Below, piece by piece: positions 19,217 through 28,097 of a DNA stretch of 64,000 nt (within the stretch, counting starts at the first letter, position 1; the number at the start of each line of letters is the position of its first letter). The notes under the pieces are model-generated. The model was not told the origin of the DNA. It searched no databases and was given only the letters and a program-made list of their open reading frames with translations. The stretch is taken from positions 96,001 through 160,000 of IMG/VR virus record IMGVR_UViG_3300028920_002946; one strand, 5' to 3'. This DNA is from a virus. The translations under genes and the position numbers were made by a program.

Positions 19217-19927
19217 CTACTCTCCCCTCAATAGGTTTGCCATAATGCTTTTGCCGAGGCCGGCCGCCACCTTGTCCGTGGCCCCGCCCCTGATGAGATC
19301 GCCGTAGCGGGCGAGGGCCAGCGCGTCGGTCGAGTCCACGACGTCCGACGGTTTGATCTCGTCGATCTCCGGGGGCACCTCGTCGCGCTGCTGCTCAAGG
19401 CGCTTGCGGACCTCGCTCTCCTTCTTCTCCTCGCCATCCCCGGTCGACTTATTCGGCTTGGCCTTCGCCTCGAGCCCCTCGGCGGTGTCCTCGACCTCGT
19501 CGACCCTCTCCTCTATCTGCGCCTTCTCCTTCTTCACGGATGCCCTCGCCTTGGTGCTGAGGCCCCATTTGGGGTTCGTCAGCTCGTCGGCGATGGTGTC
19601 CGTGATGTCGGAGAGGCTGCCGATGGACTCCGTGATGCGGGTCTTGATCTCCCTGAAGGGCATCACGAACCCGCGGCCGCCCAGCATCCCGTCCGGCGTG
19701 ACGTCGGATCCGCGCAGGAGCGCGAGATCCTTGACCGCCGCCAAAAGCGTCCCGAGCGACACGTTTATGTTGTGGAGGGCGCGCTTCAAGTGCTTGGCCT
19801 TGGACGGGTCGTACTCGAACCCAGACAGGTTCCTCGCCGGGGCCTCCTCCTTCGCCTTCGCCTTGGTCTTCCCGGCGGCCGCTGTCTTGGCCATGCCGAG
19901 CCGTGCGGTGATTCTCTGTCTCGCCAT
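19217..19927 (-). CDS. Head-module hypothetical protein
   Basis: Starts MARQRITARLGMAKTAAA within the 19217..20212 frame. Confidence 0.7.
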   Translation of the reverse strand: MARQRITARLGMAKTAAAGKTKAKAKEEAPARNLSGFEYDPSKAKHLKRALHNINVSLGTLLAAVKDLALLRGSDVTPDGMLGGRGFVMPFREIKTRITESIGSLSDITDTIADELTNPKWGLSTKARASVKKEKAQIEERVDEVEDTAEGLEAKAKPNKSTGDGEEKKESEVRKRLEQQRDEVPPEIDEIKPSDVVDSTDALALARYGDLIRGGATDKVAAGLGKSIMANLLRGE

Positions 19928-19932
19928 GTGCG

Positions 19933-20583
19933 TTACCCCTTGATTGGTTCGCCGTTGCCGTCGAACAGCCTGGTTATGCGCACGCCGTCGCCGTCCGCCT
20001 CGATGGTCCACAAATCCTTCGTGGACTTGTGGATGAGGTGCTTGTCCCCGGCCCTGTGGAACGCAAACAGGTCGTCGATGCTCGCGACCTTCACGGTGTT
20101 CACGTTGAAGAACGGGTCGACCCCGCTCGTCACCGCCATGCCGGCCACTGACGACGCATTGGGCTTGCCCTGCAAATCCTCGTACAGCCTGTCGGACACC
20201 GCGCGGTCCCACTCACGCAGGGACGCGCATTTCCTGTTGACCCTCTCGACGGCTTCCTTGAAGTCCATATCCCTTCCCTTCTTGAAACCCGGACATCTGC
20301 TGTCGTACTTCATCGGATATTCCCTGCACTGCCTCGGCCGAGCCGCATAGACGCCGCACTCGTTGCCCCGCAGGAAGACGCAATCGCTGCCCCCGCCCCT
20401 GTTCCGAAGGACCGTGAAGCCGGCCTCCGGCCTCGTGTAGCCTTTCAGAAACCGGCCGACGCCGATTCCCAAATGAGCCGCGAGCGACTTGATGTCGCCC
20501 GGTTCCAGCCTCACGACGCCGCCCCACCGGCAGCACTCGCCGCATCTCACGCACTCGAAAGGGCGGCCGTCCACGACGCGCAC
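19933..20583 (-). CDS. YkgJ/CxxCxxCC-family cluster protein fused in frame to a second domain (internal start 20268)
   Basis: CVRCGECC ... CVFL ... CGVYAARPRQCREYP; then GGGAAGGG RBS plus ATG (MDFKEAV) in frame. Confidence 0.7.
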   Translation of the reverse strand: MRVVDGRPFECVRCGECCRWGGVVRLEPGDIKSLAAHLGIGVGRFLKGYTRPEAGFTVLRNRGGGSDCVFLRGNECGVYAARPRQCREYPMKYDSRCPGFKKGRDMDFKEAVERVNRKCASLREWDRAVSDRLYEDLQGKPNASSVAGMAVTSGVDPFFNVNTVKVASIDDLFAFHRAGDKHLIHKSTKDLWTIEADGDGVRITRLFDGNGEPIKG

Positions 20584-20586
20584 GGG

Positions 20587-21009
20587 TCACTCCACCAATT
20601 GCCCGCCCGGACCCTCCGAACGGTAGGTTTCCCGATTCAGCTGCTCCCAGTTCTCCCCGAGCCCGCGGGCCGGGACGTTATCCCTCGGCTCCCCCTGCGC
20701 GTCCGTCTTGCCATCGTCCTGGATGATCGTCACCTCGACGGGCAGTTGCTGCTGCTCGTCGAATATGTCCCTGTGCGGCCTCGGACCCTGCCTCCGTATG
20801 TCCTTGATGTTCTTGATCCTGTCCTTGCGCTCCAGGTCGTTGTACATGCTCGGGGGCCCCAGGCCCACCTCGCCGCCGGGGTCGGACGGATCCATTCTCG
20901 TCTGGTAAATCGGGATGTTCACGTAGGGTGACTCGCTGTAGCCCGCCAGGGCGTCCTTGTCGATGAGGGACGCGCACTTCCGTAGTCTGTCGGAGACTCT
21001 TGCCAGCAT
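20587..21009 (-). CDS. Hypothetical protein
   Basis: 140-aa ORF downstream of motif copy C. Confidence 0.65.
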   Translation of the reverse strand: MLARVSDRLRKCASLIDKDALAGYSESPYVNIPIYQTRMDPSDPGGEVGLGPPSMYNDLERKDRIKNIKDIRRQGPRPHRDIFDEQQQLPVEVTIIQDDGKTDAQGEPRDNVPARGLGENWEQLNRETYRSEGPGGQLVE

Positions 21010-21064
21010 GCGGAATCCCGTGGCAAAGGTTACTGGGATAAATCCAAACTCATCGAAGGATGTG

Positions 21065-21080
21065 TAATACTAGATCATTA
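21065..21080 (-). promoter_or_regulatory. Candidate late-promoter motif copy C (TAATGATCTAGTATTA)
   Basis: Heads the long structural transcription unit, 56 nt before ATG 21009; preceded by a GC hairpin at 21082-21101. Confidence 0.5.
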
Positions 21081-21128
21081 TGCCCCCGCGCCGGCGGGGG
21101 CCTCGCAACCTAACGGCGCATAAGGGGA

Positions 21129-22037
21129 TTAAGCGCCGCGGAGCCAGCGGTCGAAGCGGAGGAGGATGCGCCTCAGATCCTTGGTGAGCATCCCGTAGGC
21201 CGTGTGGGCGATGTGAAGCGGCACGTAGTCGTAGTACGCCTGCGCTATGGCCCCGGCGAGGCACCCGAGGCTGTCGGCGTCGCCGCCGAGCGACACCGCC
21301 CGGCGCACGCAGTCCTCGTACGACGTGGAGCAGAGGAAGCATATGACGGCGTGGGGGACGGTGACCTGGCACGAGACGTCGAAACCGTTGGCGGGCCTTA
21401 TGTCGTCGTCGGTCTTGGACAGATCGTAGCCGTAGGACAGCTCCATGTAGCTTTTCAGGATGTCCTTGCTCGCCCCCATGCGGGCGAGGCTCACGGCCTG
21501 CACCGCCGCGTCGGCCCCCTTAAGGCCCTCGTCGTGGTTGTGGGTGACCTCCGCGGAAAGCCGGGACTGCCTGTGGAGCGAGTCGTGGTCCTTGTAGATC
21601 CAGCCAAGGGCGATGGCCCTGACCGCGCTCCCGTTGCCCCAGCTTTTGTACGGGCCGGCGACGCTCGACCCCACCCAGGACGAAAAGAGCCTCCCGTACC
21701 CCGCCCCCGGGTGGCGCTTGCAGACTTTCCTCAGATGCGAGGCGTAGTCCCCGTTCGACATGGCGGCCTCGGCGACCGCGAGGAGCATCACGGTGTCATC
21801 CGTGAACCGCGAGCCCTCCTTGAACAGGTCGAGTCCGTAATCCTTCTCCGGATGCCTCTCGCGCGTGGATCCTATGATATCCCCGGCGATGGCCCCTATG
21901 AGAGGGGTTTTGGACAGATCGACGCGCGTTTTGGGGGCGCGCCTATTCCCTGTATCTGCGGTAGATGATCGAGAGGACGCCGGTCGGGTTCCAATGCTGG
22001 CTTCCAGTATGCTTGCCGAGTTTGAGTTTTTGCGCAA
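21129..22037 (-). CDS. ADP-ribosylglycohydrolase (DraG/ARH family); start uncertain
   Basis: GAIAGDIIGS, FTDDT, GNGSAVR, TH, GGDADSLGCLAGAIA motifs. Confidence 0.9.
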   Translation of the reverse strand: MRKNSNSASILEASIGTRPASSRSSTADTGNRRAPKTRVDLSKTPLIGAIAGDIIGSTRERHPEKDYGLDLFKEGSRFTDDTVMLLAVAEAAMSNGDYASHLRKVCKRHPGAGYGRLFSSWVGSSVAGPYKSWGNGSAVRAIALGWIYKDHDSLHRQSRLSAEVTHNHDEGLKGADAAVQAVSLARMGASKDILKSYMELSYGYDLSKTDDDIRPANGFDVSCQVTVPHAVICFLCSTSYEDCVRRAVSLGGDADSLGCLAGAIAQAYYDYVPLHIAHTAYGMLTKDLRRILLRFDRWLRGA

Positions 22038-22140
22038 CTACATCCACCTTCCCCTTGTTCTCCGCCATCCATTTGCCAGCGGCCTCCCGAATGTCGTTCG
22101 GAGTGCCGGAGAACACCTTGAGTTCCCTGGACCCTTCCAT
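21943..22140 (-). CDS. Small hypothetical protein
   Basis: 65 aa, AAAGGGG RBS, first gene after promoter at 22279. Confidence 0.5.
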   Translation of the reverse strand: MEGSRELKVFSGTPNDIREAAGKWMAENKGKVDVVAQKLKLGKHTGSQHWNPTGVLSIIYRRYRE

Positions 22141-22278
22141 GCCGTGCCCCCTTTCAAGAGGGCGCGGAGGTTAGCACTTACCTTTCGCCGCCGGCGAACG
22201 CCCTGCACCTAGCCGCGGGACGACTACTAGTGGCTTGACCGTATGTAGCAGGGATACAGCTCCTCCGCGCCTACCTTG

Positions 22279-22307
22279 AATATACTATCTAGCGCCCATT
22301 TTGTTGA
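22279..22307 (-). promoter_or_regulatory. Promoter TCAACA-N17-TATATT
   Basis: TATATT -10 shared with the other early/middle-type promoters. Confidence 0.5.
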
Positions 22308-22325
22308 GCAAAGGCCGGAGGATAG

Positions 22326-22955
22326 TCATGAAACCTCGTCGTATTTCACCCGCTTGCCGCGGTTGAAGTGCGGGAGGATGACCTCGTGCATCATGTAGAG
22401 GTTCCCCTTGACGTAGACGGCGAGGTCGTGGACGGTCGCAAGCTCCTTGTGGTCCTCCTTGAGGGAGGCCAGCTTGCCGATGGCCCGCTCGAAGCGGTGG
22501 CGGACCTTCACCTGCGTCATCCGCTTGTCGCCGCGGAGCCTGTGCCTCTTGTTGAGTATCGCGGCGGTGCGCGACTGGCACGTGGTCTCTATCATCGTCT
22601 GGATGACGTCTATGTCGAAGGGGTCGAAATGGCCGGCGAGGAGTTCGCCGAGGTCGCCCTCGACCTTGGGCATGTCCCTGAGGAACTCCAGCCTCCGGAT
22701 GGCCCTGCAGAGCCTGTGGCTGACGGCCCCCTGGGTGACGCCGAAGAACGCGGCGATCTCCTTCTGCTTCTTCCTGGCGCGGCAGTACATCTCGATGAGG
22801 TCCTGCTCGCGCTGCGGCAGCCGGCTGATGAACTCCTGGTAGTCCTCCAGCCTGAACTGGCTGCTCTGCAGCTTGTAGAAGGAGTACTTCTCGGAGGAGA
22901 AGCGGTTCTGTATCTCGAGCGGGTCCATGCTGCGATAGCGCCTTGATGACATCAA
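22326..22955 (-). CDS. Sigma-70 region-4-like HTH transcription regulator
   Basis: LPQREQDLIEMYCRARKKQKEIAAFFGVTQGAVSHRLCRAIRRL. Confidence 0.75.
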   Translation of the reverse strand: MMSSRRYRSMDPLEIQNRFSSEKYSFYKLQSSQFRLEDYQEFISRLPQREQDLIEMYCRARKKQKEIAAFFGVTQGAVSHRLCRAIRRLEFLRDMPKVEGDLGELLAGHFDPFDIDVIQTMIETTCQSRTAAILNKRHRLRGDKRMTQVKVRHRFERAIGKLASLKEDHKELATVHDLAVYVKGNLYMMHEVILPHFNRGKRVKYDEVS

Positions 22956-22965
22956 CCACCACCTT

Positions 22966-23892
22966 TCAGAACAGCGAGTACGTCTCCACCTTCTCGGCCG
23001 TGACGGATTCCCCGTATCTCACATTGAGGGACGAGGCGAACAGATCCCCCACGGCATCCGGATCCACTGACTTGACGCTGTAGGATTTCAGCACCTCGGC
23101 CATAACCCCCTTGTCCACGGACCCCGGCGTCTCGACGATGCCGCCGACGTCCTCCCTCAGCTTCATAAGCGCCATATTTCGGTAGGCCGCGTCCCTGAAT
23201 CCCTTGAAAGCCGCCCTCTCCCTCTCGGTAAGCGACGCAGCCCCCAACGCGGAGTAGAGCGCGTCAATCCCCTTGTGTTCGGAGATGAGCGACGCCACGA
23301 CCTTGCGCCTCACGCGGGGTATCCCGCCGAGGCCGTCGCTCTGGTCGCCGTCGAAGCTCCTGAACTGCGCCAGGAGAGCCGGCGGGACGCCGAACCGTTC
23401 GACCACGGCCGACTCGTCGTAGAACCTTTCGGGCTTCTGGCCGCTTTTGGGCCTGAACACGATTATCTTGCCGTCCTCGACCAACTGAAGGAAGTCTTTG
23501 TCGTTTGAATATACCACTATATGGCCGTCCTGGCAACGCCAACGCGAAACCAAGGTCGCGACGACATCGTCGGCCTCCTCGTCCGGGCATCTGTATTGGT
23601 CGACGCCGCAAGCGGTTAGGAACCTTTCCAGATCCCTGACCTCGTCCATCACAGGGTTCGGGAGGCGGGTGCGGTCGGCCTTGTAGTCAGGCTTGATCTC
23701 CAGCTTCCGCCTCGAGCGGCTGTCCCACACGACGGCAAACTTGTAGCCCCGGTATCGTTTCTTCAAAGAAACGATGGTGCGCACGAAGCCGAAGAACATG
23801 CCGGACGGCCTGCCATCCGCCGTCTTCAGTTCGAAGTTGGCGTTGTGCGACCTGTGGGCCAGGTTCATGCCGTCTATGACGAATCTGTTCAT
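22966..23892 (-). CDS. 5'-3' exonuclease / flap endonuclease (Pol I N-terminal, T5-FEN-like)
   Basis: VIDGMNLAHR, VVWD, YKADR, EADDVVATL, SNDKDFLQL, GDQSDGLGGIPRV. Confidence 0.92.
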   Translation of the reverse strand: MNRFVIDGMNLAHRSHNANFELKTADGRPSGMFFGFVRTIVSLKKRYRGYKFAVVWDSRSRRKLEIKPDYKADRTRLPNPVMDEVRDLERFLTACGVDQYRCPDEEADDVVATLVSRWRCQDGHIVVYSNDKDFLQLVEDGKIIVFRPKSGQKPERFYDESAVVERFGVPPALLAQFRSFDGDQSDGLGGIPRVRRKVVASLISEHKGIDALYSALGAASLTERERAAFKGFRDAAYRNMALMKLREDVGGIVETPGSVDKGVMAEVLKSYSVKSVDPDAVGDLFASSLNVRYGESVTAEKVETYSLF

Positions 23893-23900
23893 ACCGCCCC

Positions 23901-24605
23901 TCACTGTTGCTGTATCTCCATGTTGAGGACGCTGATCGGGGCCTGCACGGTGCGCGAGGACCGCTTGAACACCACGCTCGCCGTTCTCCTGTCCCGCGCG
24001 ACCGACTTGACCTTCCCCTCGAGATTCTTGAACGTGCCGACCTTCGGGACGATGATATCGCCCCTCTTCGGGGCGAGATCCTTGATGGAGGAGACGATTT
24101 GCCTCTTGAACTTGTTGATCTCCCCGCCGGTGACGGTGTCCGGGCGGTTGCCCCGTATCTCGCCCCTCAGGTACGGGCTCTGCATCTTGGCGAGCATCGA
24201 CTCGGATTCCTCCGTCTTCTCGATGAAGACGTACCCCGCTATGAGGTCTATCCCGACGCACTTGTCCTTGACCCTCTCCACGTAGGCCGGTATGAAAAAG
24301 CCGGTGCGATCGCCGAATATGCGGACGATCTCGCACTCCAGGAGGTCGTACATCGTGTGCGTGTCGGACTCCTGATCGTGCAACTCGACGATCATCCACA
24401 CACCGTCGCGCCTGTGCTTGGAGGACAGGTCGCGCGAGGCCGCCACATTCGCCGGCACCGCCTTCGGCCTCGTCCTCGAGCCCTTCGGCCTGCCCCTCCT
24501 TCTCTTGGGGGGGCCCGCCCCGATCGCCCTGCGCCCCCTTTTTCTCGCCACCTTCTTGGCCGGCCTGCGGCCCCGCGCCGGAGCGCGGTCAGATTTTCTC
24601 CCCAT
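23901..24605 (-). CDS. nusG: NusG/RfaH-like elongation factor with basic N-terminal AT-hook-like extension
   Basis: NGN-like WMIVEL...FIPAY...GYVFIE; KOW RGDIIVPKVGTFKNLEGKV; N-terminal KRRRGRPKGS. Confidence 0.72.
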   Translation of the reverse strand: MGRKSDRAPARGRRPAKKVARKRGRRAIGAGPPKRRRGRPKGSRTRPKAVPANVAASRDLSSKHRRDGVWMIVELHDQESDTHTMYDLLECEIVRIFGDRTGFFIPAYVERVKDKCVGIDLIAGYVFIEKTEESESMLAKMQSPYLRGEIRGNRPDTVTGGEINKFKRQIVSSIKDLAPKRGDIIVPKVGTFKNLEGKVKSVARDRRTASVVFKRSSRTVQAPISVLNMEIQQQ

Positions 24606-25950
24606 CTGTGCTTCCCTTGAGAACGCGTTCCACGTCATCCCTCGAAACCGGCCGCCTGTGCGGCAGCTCCTCGATTTTCTCTTTTTGCTCGGGTCCCCAA
24701 ATCTTGGACACCCTCTCCGGGACGCGTTCATCGACCCTCTGCCTTCTCCTGCCCTCCTTGTACCCTCTGACGACATCCTCCCTCTTGCCGCTCGGCAACT
24801 GCGCCAGTTCGCTTATGGACGGCGCGCGCGACACGCCAGCCTCCGGCCCCTCCTCCCGCCGGCCCTTGGCCTGCGGCCGCTCCTGCCGCGCCGGGACCTC
24901 CTGAGGCACGAACGAACCCCTTCTGAACCTGTAATGTATGATCAATAGGTCGCTCTGGAACATGGGGAGGTCGTTCAGCCTGTTCCTCGAAACTATGTAG
25001 TCCAGTACCTCGAACGCCATGGCCCCGTACTTGCGGTTCACGGCCTCGACGAGATCGCGGTACCGCCCGGGGGCGAAGGGGAGCCCGTTCGCCAGCTTCA
25101 CGGCGTCGATCAGTATCCTCACGGCGAGAGCGTATATGCGGTGCACCGACATCTTGGACACGAGATAGTTGGCAAAGGTGAGCGCCTTCGCGAGATCGTC
25201 CGGGATGGTCATCAGCATACCCGCCGTCTCGTCCGTGTACATCGCCACGGCCTTCTTGACGTTGTCGCGGGTGATGTCGCCGAGCATCGACACCTGCCGC
25301 AGCCTGTTCTCGGCGTCGCGGTAGTGCCTCCCGACTGCCCTGACGATCTCGTCGAGCGCGCCGTCCTCGTGCTCCAGGCCCTTCGCCACGCATATCATCT
25401 CCAGCTTCGACCGGATGTTCCCGTCGCTCGGCTCCTGGATGGAGAACTCCATGCACCTCGACCGCAGGGTCTGGTGCATCTTCTCCGGGGCCGTGGTGCA
25501 GAATATGATGATGACATTGGGGTCGCGTTTCTCCAAATGCGTCAGGAGCGCGTCCTTGCCCGCGTCCGATATGTCGTGCGCCTCGTCGAAGAGGATTATC
25601 TTGCGGCTGGACAGGGTTTCGTAGCGGAGGCTGTCCTTGATGTCCTGGATCCTCTCCTTGGTGCCCTGGTTGGCGGCGTCTATCTCGAGGTAGGCCGAGT
25701 TCCTGTCCTCCAAGAACTCCCGGCAGGATCGGCACTCGTTGCAGGGGGACATGTCCCCGCGCCGGTTCTCGCACAGCACGGCCCGCGCGAATATCCTCCC
25801 GAGCGTGGTCTTCCCCGTGGCGTGCGACCCGCCGAAGATGTAGCCCTGGTCGTAGTCCTGCCTGCGCAGGATGTTGCGCAGTATCTCCTTGACGTCCTCC
25901 AACCCGAGGACCTCGTCGAACACCAGCGGTCTGAACTCTACACCGAACAA
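24589..25950 (-). CDS. dnaX: DNA polymerase III gamma/tau clamp-loader ATPase
   Basis: FRPLVFDEVLG, GSHATGKTT, PCNECRSC, EIDAAN, ILFDEAH, TLRSRC. Confidence 0.92.
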   Translation of the reverse strand: MFGVEFRPLVFDEVLGLEDVKEILRNILRRQDYDQGYIFGGSHATGKTTLGRIFARAVLCENRRGDMSPCNECRSCREFLEDRNSAYLEIDAANQGTKERIQDIKDSLRYETLSSRKIILFDEAHDISDAGKDALLTHLEKRDPNVIIIFCTTAPEKMHQTLRSRCMEFSIQEPSDGNIRSKLEMICVAKGLEHEDGALDEIVRAVGRHYRDAENRLRQVSMLGDITRDNVKKAVAMYTDETAGMLMTIPDDLAKALTFANYLVSKMSVHRIYALAVRILIDAVKLANGLPFAPGRYRDLVEAVNRKYGAMAFEVLDYIVSRNRLNDLPMFQSDLLIIHYRFRRGSFVPQEVPARQERPQAKGRREEGPEAGVSRAPSISELAQLPSGKREDVVRGYKEGRRRQRVDERVPERVSKIWGPEQKEKIEELPHRRPVSRDDVERVLKGSTDGEKI

Positions 25951-26522
25951 GTGTCACCCCGTTTCTTCTTTTTTCGCACCATCTCGCATCGGCCCGTGCC
26001 CTCCCCGGGCAGCGAGCCGACCCCAACATACCCGCCCACGGTCTCCGAAGCCGGCCTGCTGAGCATCACGACCTTGTACTCCCGAAGCCGGTTGGACTTT
26101 ATCACGTCGGAGATGGAGGCTGCGAAATCCTTCGGCTTGACGTACATGTCGACAAGCACGGGCCTCAAGGTTTTCCATTCGCCGCCTTTGAAACTGATGG
26201 AGGGCTTCTTGACGCTTTCGCCCACGGTGTACGTTCTCCTGAACCACCTCGTGTAGAGGGGGATCTCCGCCCACCCGACGCGCTGCAGGTCAATCTTGCC
26301 CCGATCCACCCCGAACCCCGACACATAGTCGGCAATGGACTCGGCGTCCCAGCCGAACTTTGACACATAGTGGCCATAACTCGACCTATCGAGGGCTTTG
26401 AGCGCCGTCCGAAGGAGGCTCCTGCCGGGCCGAAAGGCGAAATCAATGCTCCATTCGCCCGACTTCGTGCACCTCAAGCCGGTGGATTCCATGATTTTGA
26501 CCACCTCGGACTGTGACTTCAT
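25938..26522 (-). CDS. Hypothetical protein
   Basis: Starts MKSQSEVV (ATG 26522), coupled to primase stop. Confidence 0.6.
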   Translation of the reverse strand: MKSQSEVVKIMESTGLRCTKSGEWSIDFAFRPGRSLLRTALKALDRSSYGHYVSKFGWDAESIADYVSGFGVDRGKIDLQRVGWAEIPLYTRWFRRTYTVGESVKKPSISFKGGEWKTLRPVLVDMYVKPKDFAASISDVIKSNRLREYKVVMLSRPASETVGGYVGVGSLPGEGTGRCEMVRKKKKRGDTCSV

Positions 26523-27220
26523 GCGGCGTCCTCCTGCAGCACGCGGGGGACGCGCGACTTGACATGCCTCACGAACCTGTCCGGCCCCATCACCTTGAGA
26601 AGGTCGTTGGCGTCCGAGTCCCCCATGCTCACGAACTCCAGCCTCGACGTCCCGTACTCCTGGGCCAGCTTGTACCGCCCTATGTCTCCGGCCTTGTCCT
26701 GGTCGAACACGACGATGACGAGGTCCACCAGGAACGTGAGCAGTTCGTACTGGGCCTTCCCGAGGAAGGATGTCAGGCAGGCGACGGAGTTGGGGAACGC
26801 CTTGGAGAAGGCCATGCAGTTGAACGCGCCCTCGTGCACGAACACCCTCCTCGTCCTGCGGATTTCCGGCAGCGCCTCGCGCAGCCCGAAGAAGGCGCCG
26901 ATGGCCTTCGCCTCGGACAGCAGGAACTGCACGTACCTCTTCTCCGACAGCGCGCGCGTCTGCAGCCCGTTCACGTTGCCGAGGATGTTGCGCAGCGGGA
27001 TGAGGATGCGGTTCTCGAGCCCCTTGAACCCGTAGCTGGCCTCCTTGAGGTCCTCGTAGTCGGGCGACTTCGACTTGGGGGGCCGCGCCACACGGGTGTA
27101 CCCGATGCCCCACTTGGACATGTCCCCCGTGGAGAAGCCGCGCGACGCCATGTAGCGCACCGCCTCCTCGTGCTCCAGGGCGGACCGGGAGGCCCTATCG
27201 ACCAGACCGTCGAGATACAC
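26519..27220 (-). CDS. dnaG: DnaG-type primase catalytic core (TOPRIM), no N-terminal zinc-binding domain
   Basis: YMASRG, NRILIPLRN, VFVHEG, VVFDQDKAG, DANDLL. Confidence 0.85.
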   Translation of the reverse strand: MYLDGLVDRASRSALEHEEAVRYMASRGFSTGDMSKWGIGYTRVARPPKSKSPDYEDLKEASYGFKGLENRILIPLRNILGNVNGLQTRALSEKRYVQFLLSEAKAIGAFFGLREALPEIRRTRRVFVHEGAFNCMAFSKAFPNSVACLTSFLGKAQYELLTFLVDLVIVVFDQDKAGDIGRYKLAQEYGTSRLEFVSMGDSDANDLLKVMGPDRFVRHVKSRVPRVLQEDAA

Positions 27221-27689
27221 GTCCCTTGCCTTTCTTCCCTGAGGGCTTCCCGGCGGCCCGCCTTGCGGGCTTTTTGGCCGTTTTCGCCCCCGGTTTCTCG
27301 AGCCTGAACAGAGCCTGCTTCCTCTCCTTGAGAATGTCGTCCAAAACCCATGCCGGCATGGGCGAGAAAAGTTCGAGCTCGGTCCCCGGGAACCTCCGCG
27401 GCATGACCTCCTCGATCACCATGCCACGCTGGCCGTCATTGACCAGCTCGGGGTAGAATATGGACAGGACGAACTTGAAGTCGCGCGGATCCAGCTTGCC
27501 CCACTTGCCCGACTTCTCCCGGGCCTCCAGAAGCATCCGGCCCTCCTCGGTGTCCCAATCGAACACCTTCGACACGCGGGCCAGCCTGTTGGCCATCGGG
27601 ATGTTGAAACGGGGGTTCGCGTCGCGGAGCCACCTGTCGGCGTGCGCCGTGATGAATACGACCCTGTTGAGAAGTTCGCTGTCCTCCAT
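27195..27689 (-). CDS. Hypothetical protein with basic C-terminal tail
   Basis: Starts MEDSELLN immediately after promoter at 27695. Confidence 0.6.
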   Translation of the reverse strand: MEDSELLNRVVFITAHADRWLRDANPRFNIPMANRLARVSKVFDWDTEEGRMLLEAREKSGKWGKLDPRDFKFVLSIFYPELVNDGQRGMVIEEVMPRRFPGTELELFSPMPAWVLDDILKERKQALFRLEKPGAKTAKKPARRAAGKPSGKKGKGRVSRRSGR

Positions 27690-27694
27690 GCCTA

Positions 27695-27723
27695 AATATA
27701 ACGGCATGGCAGGCGGAAATTAA
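27695..27723 (-). promoter_or_regulatory. Promoter TTAATT-N17-TATATT
   Basis: Shares AATATAACGGCATGGCA (plus strand) with 35219-35235. Confidence 0.6.
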
Positions 27724-27754
27724 ACGGGATCCTCAGGTTCGGTCGCATTAACCG

Positions 27755-28084
27755 CTAAAGCGAGCGTATGATGTCGAGGACGTCGATATCCCTCTGAAGC
27801 AGATGGTGCAGCTCCTCCATGCTCCTCGTGCTCACGATATCCTTCGCCTCGGCGCTCAGCTTGGTGGCCGTGATGTTGCCGCACGGGCGCACCCTGTGCA
27901 GCCTCATCAGTTCCGTGACCGCGGAAACGGGCACCGTGAACAGCCTGTTCTGGTGCATGACGAGCACCCTGCCGCACCCGGCGCATATGATCATGACCGG
28001 GCTGGCCTCCTCGCACACCATCTTCGTCTGCGTCTGGCACGTGGGGCACTTCACCAGGTATTCGGACATTTCGACTTCATTCAT
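27755..28084 (-). CDS. Zinc-ribbon protein
   Basis: CPTC ... CAGC. Confidence 0.7.
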   Translation of the reverse strand: MNEVEMSEYLVKCPTCQTQTKMVCEEASPVMIICAGCGRVLVMHQNRLFTVPVSAVTELMRLHRVRPCGNITATKLSAEAKDIVSTRSMEELHHLLQRDIDVLDIIRSL

Positions 28085-28097
28085 GAGCCATCCCCCT

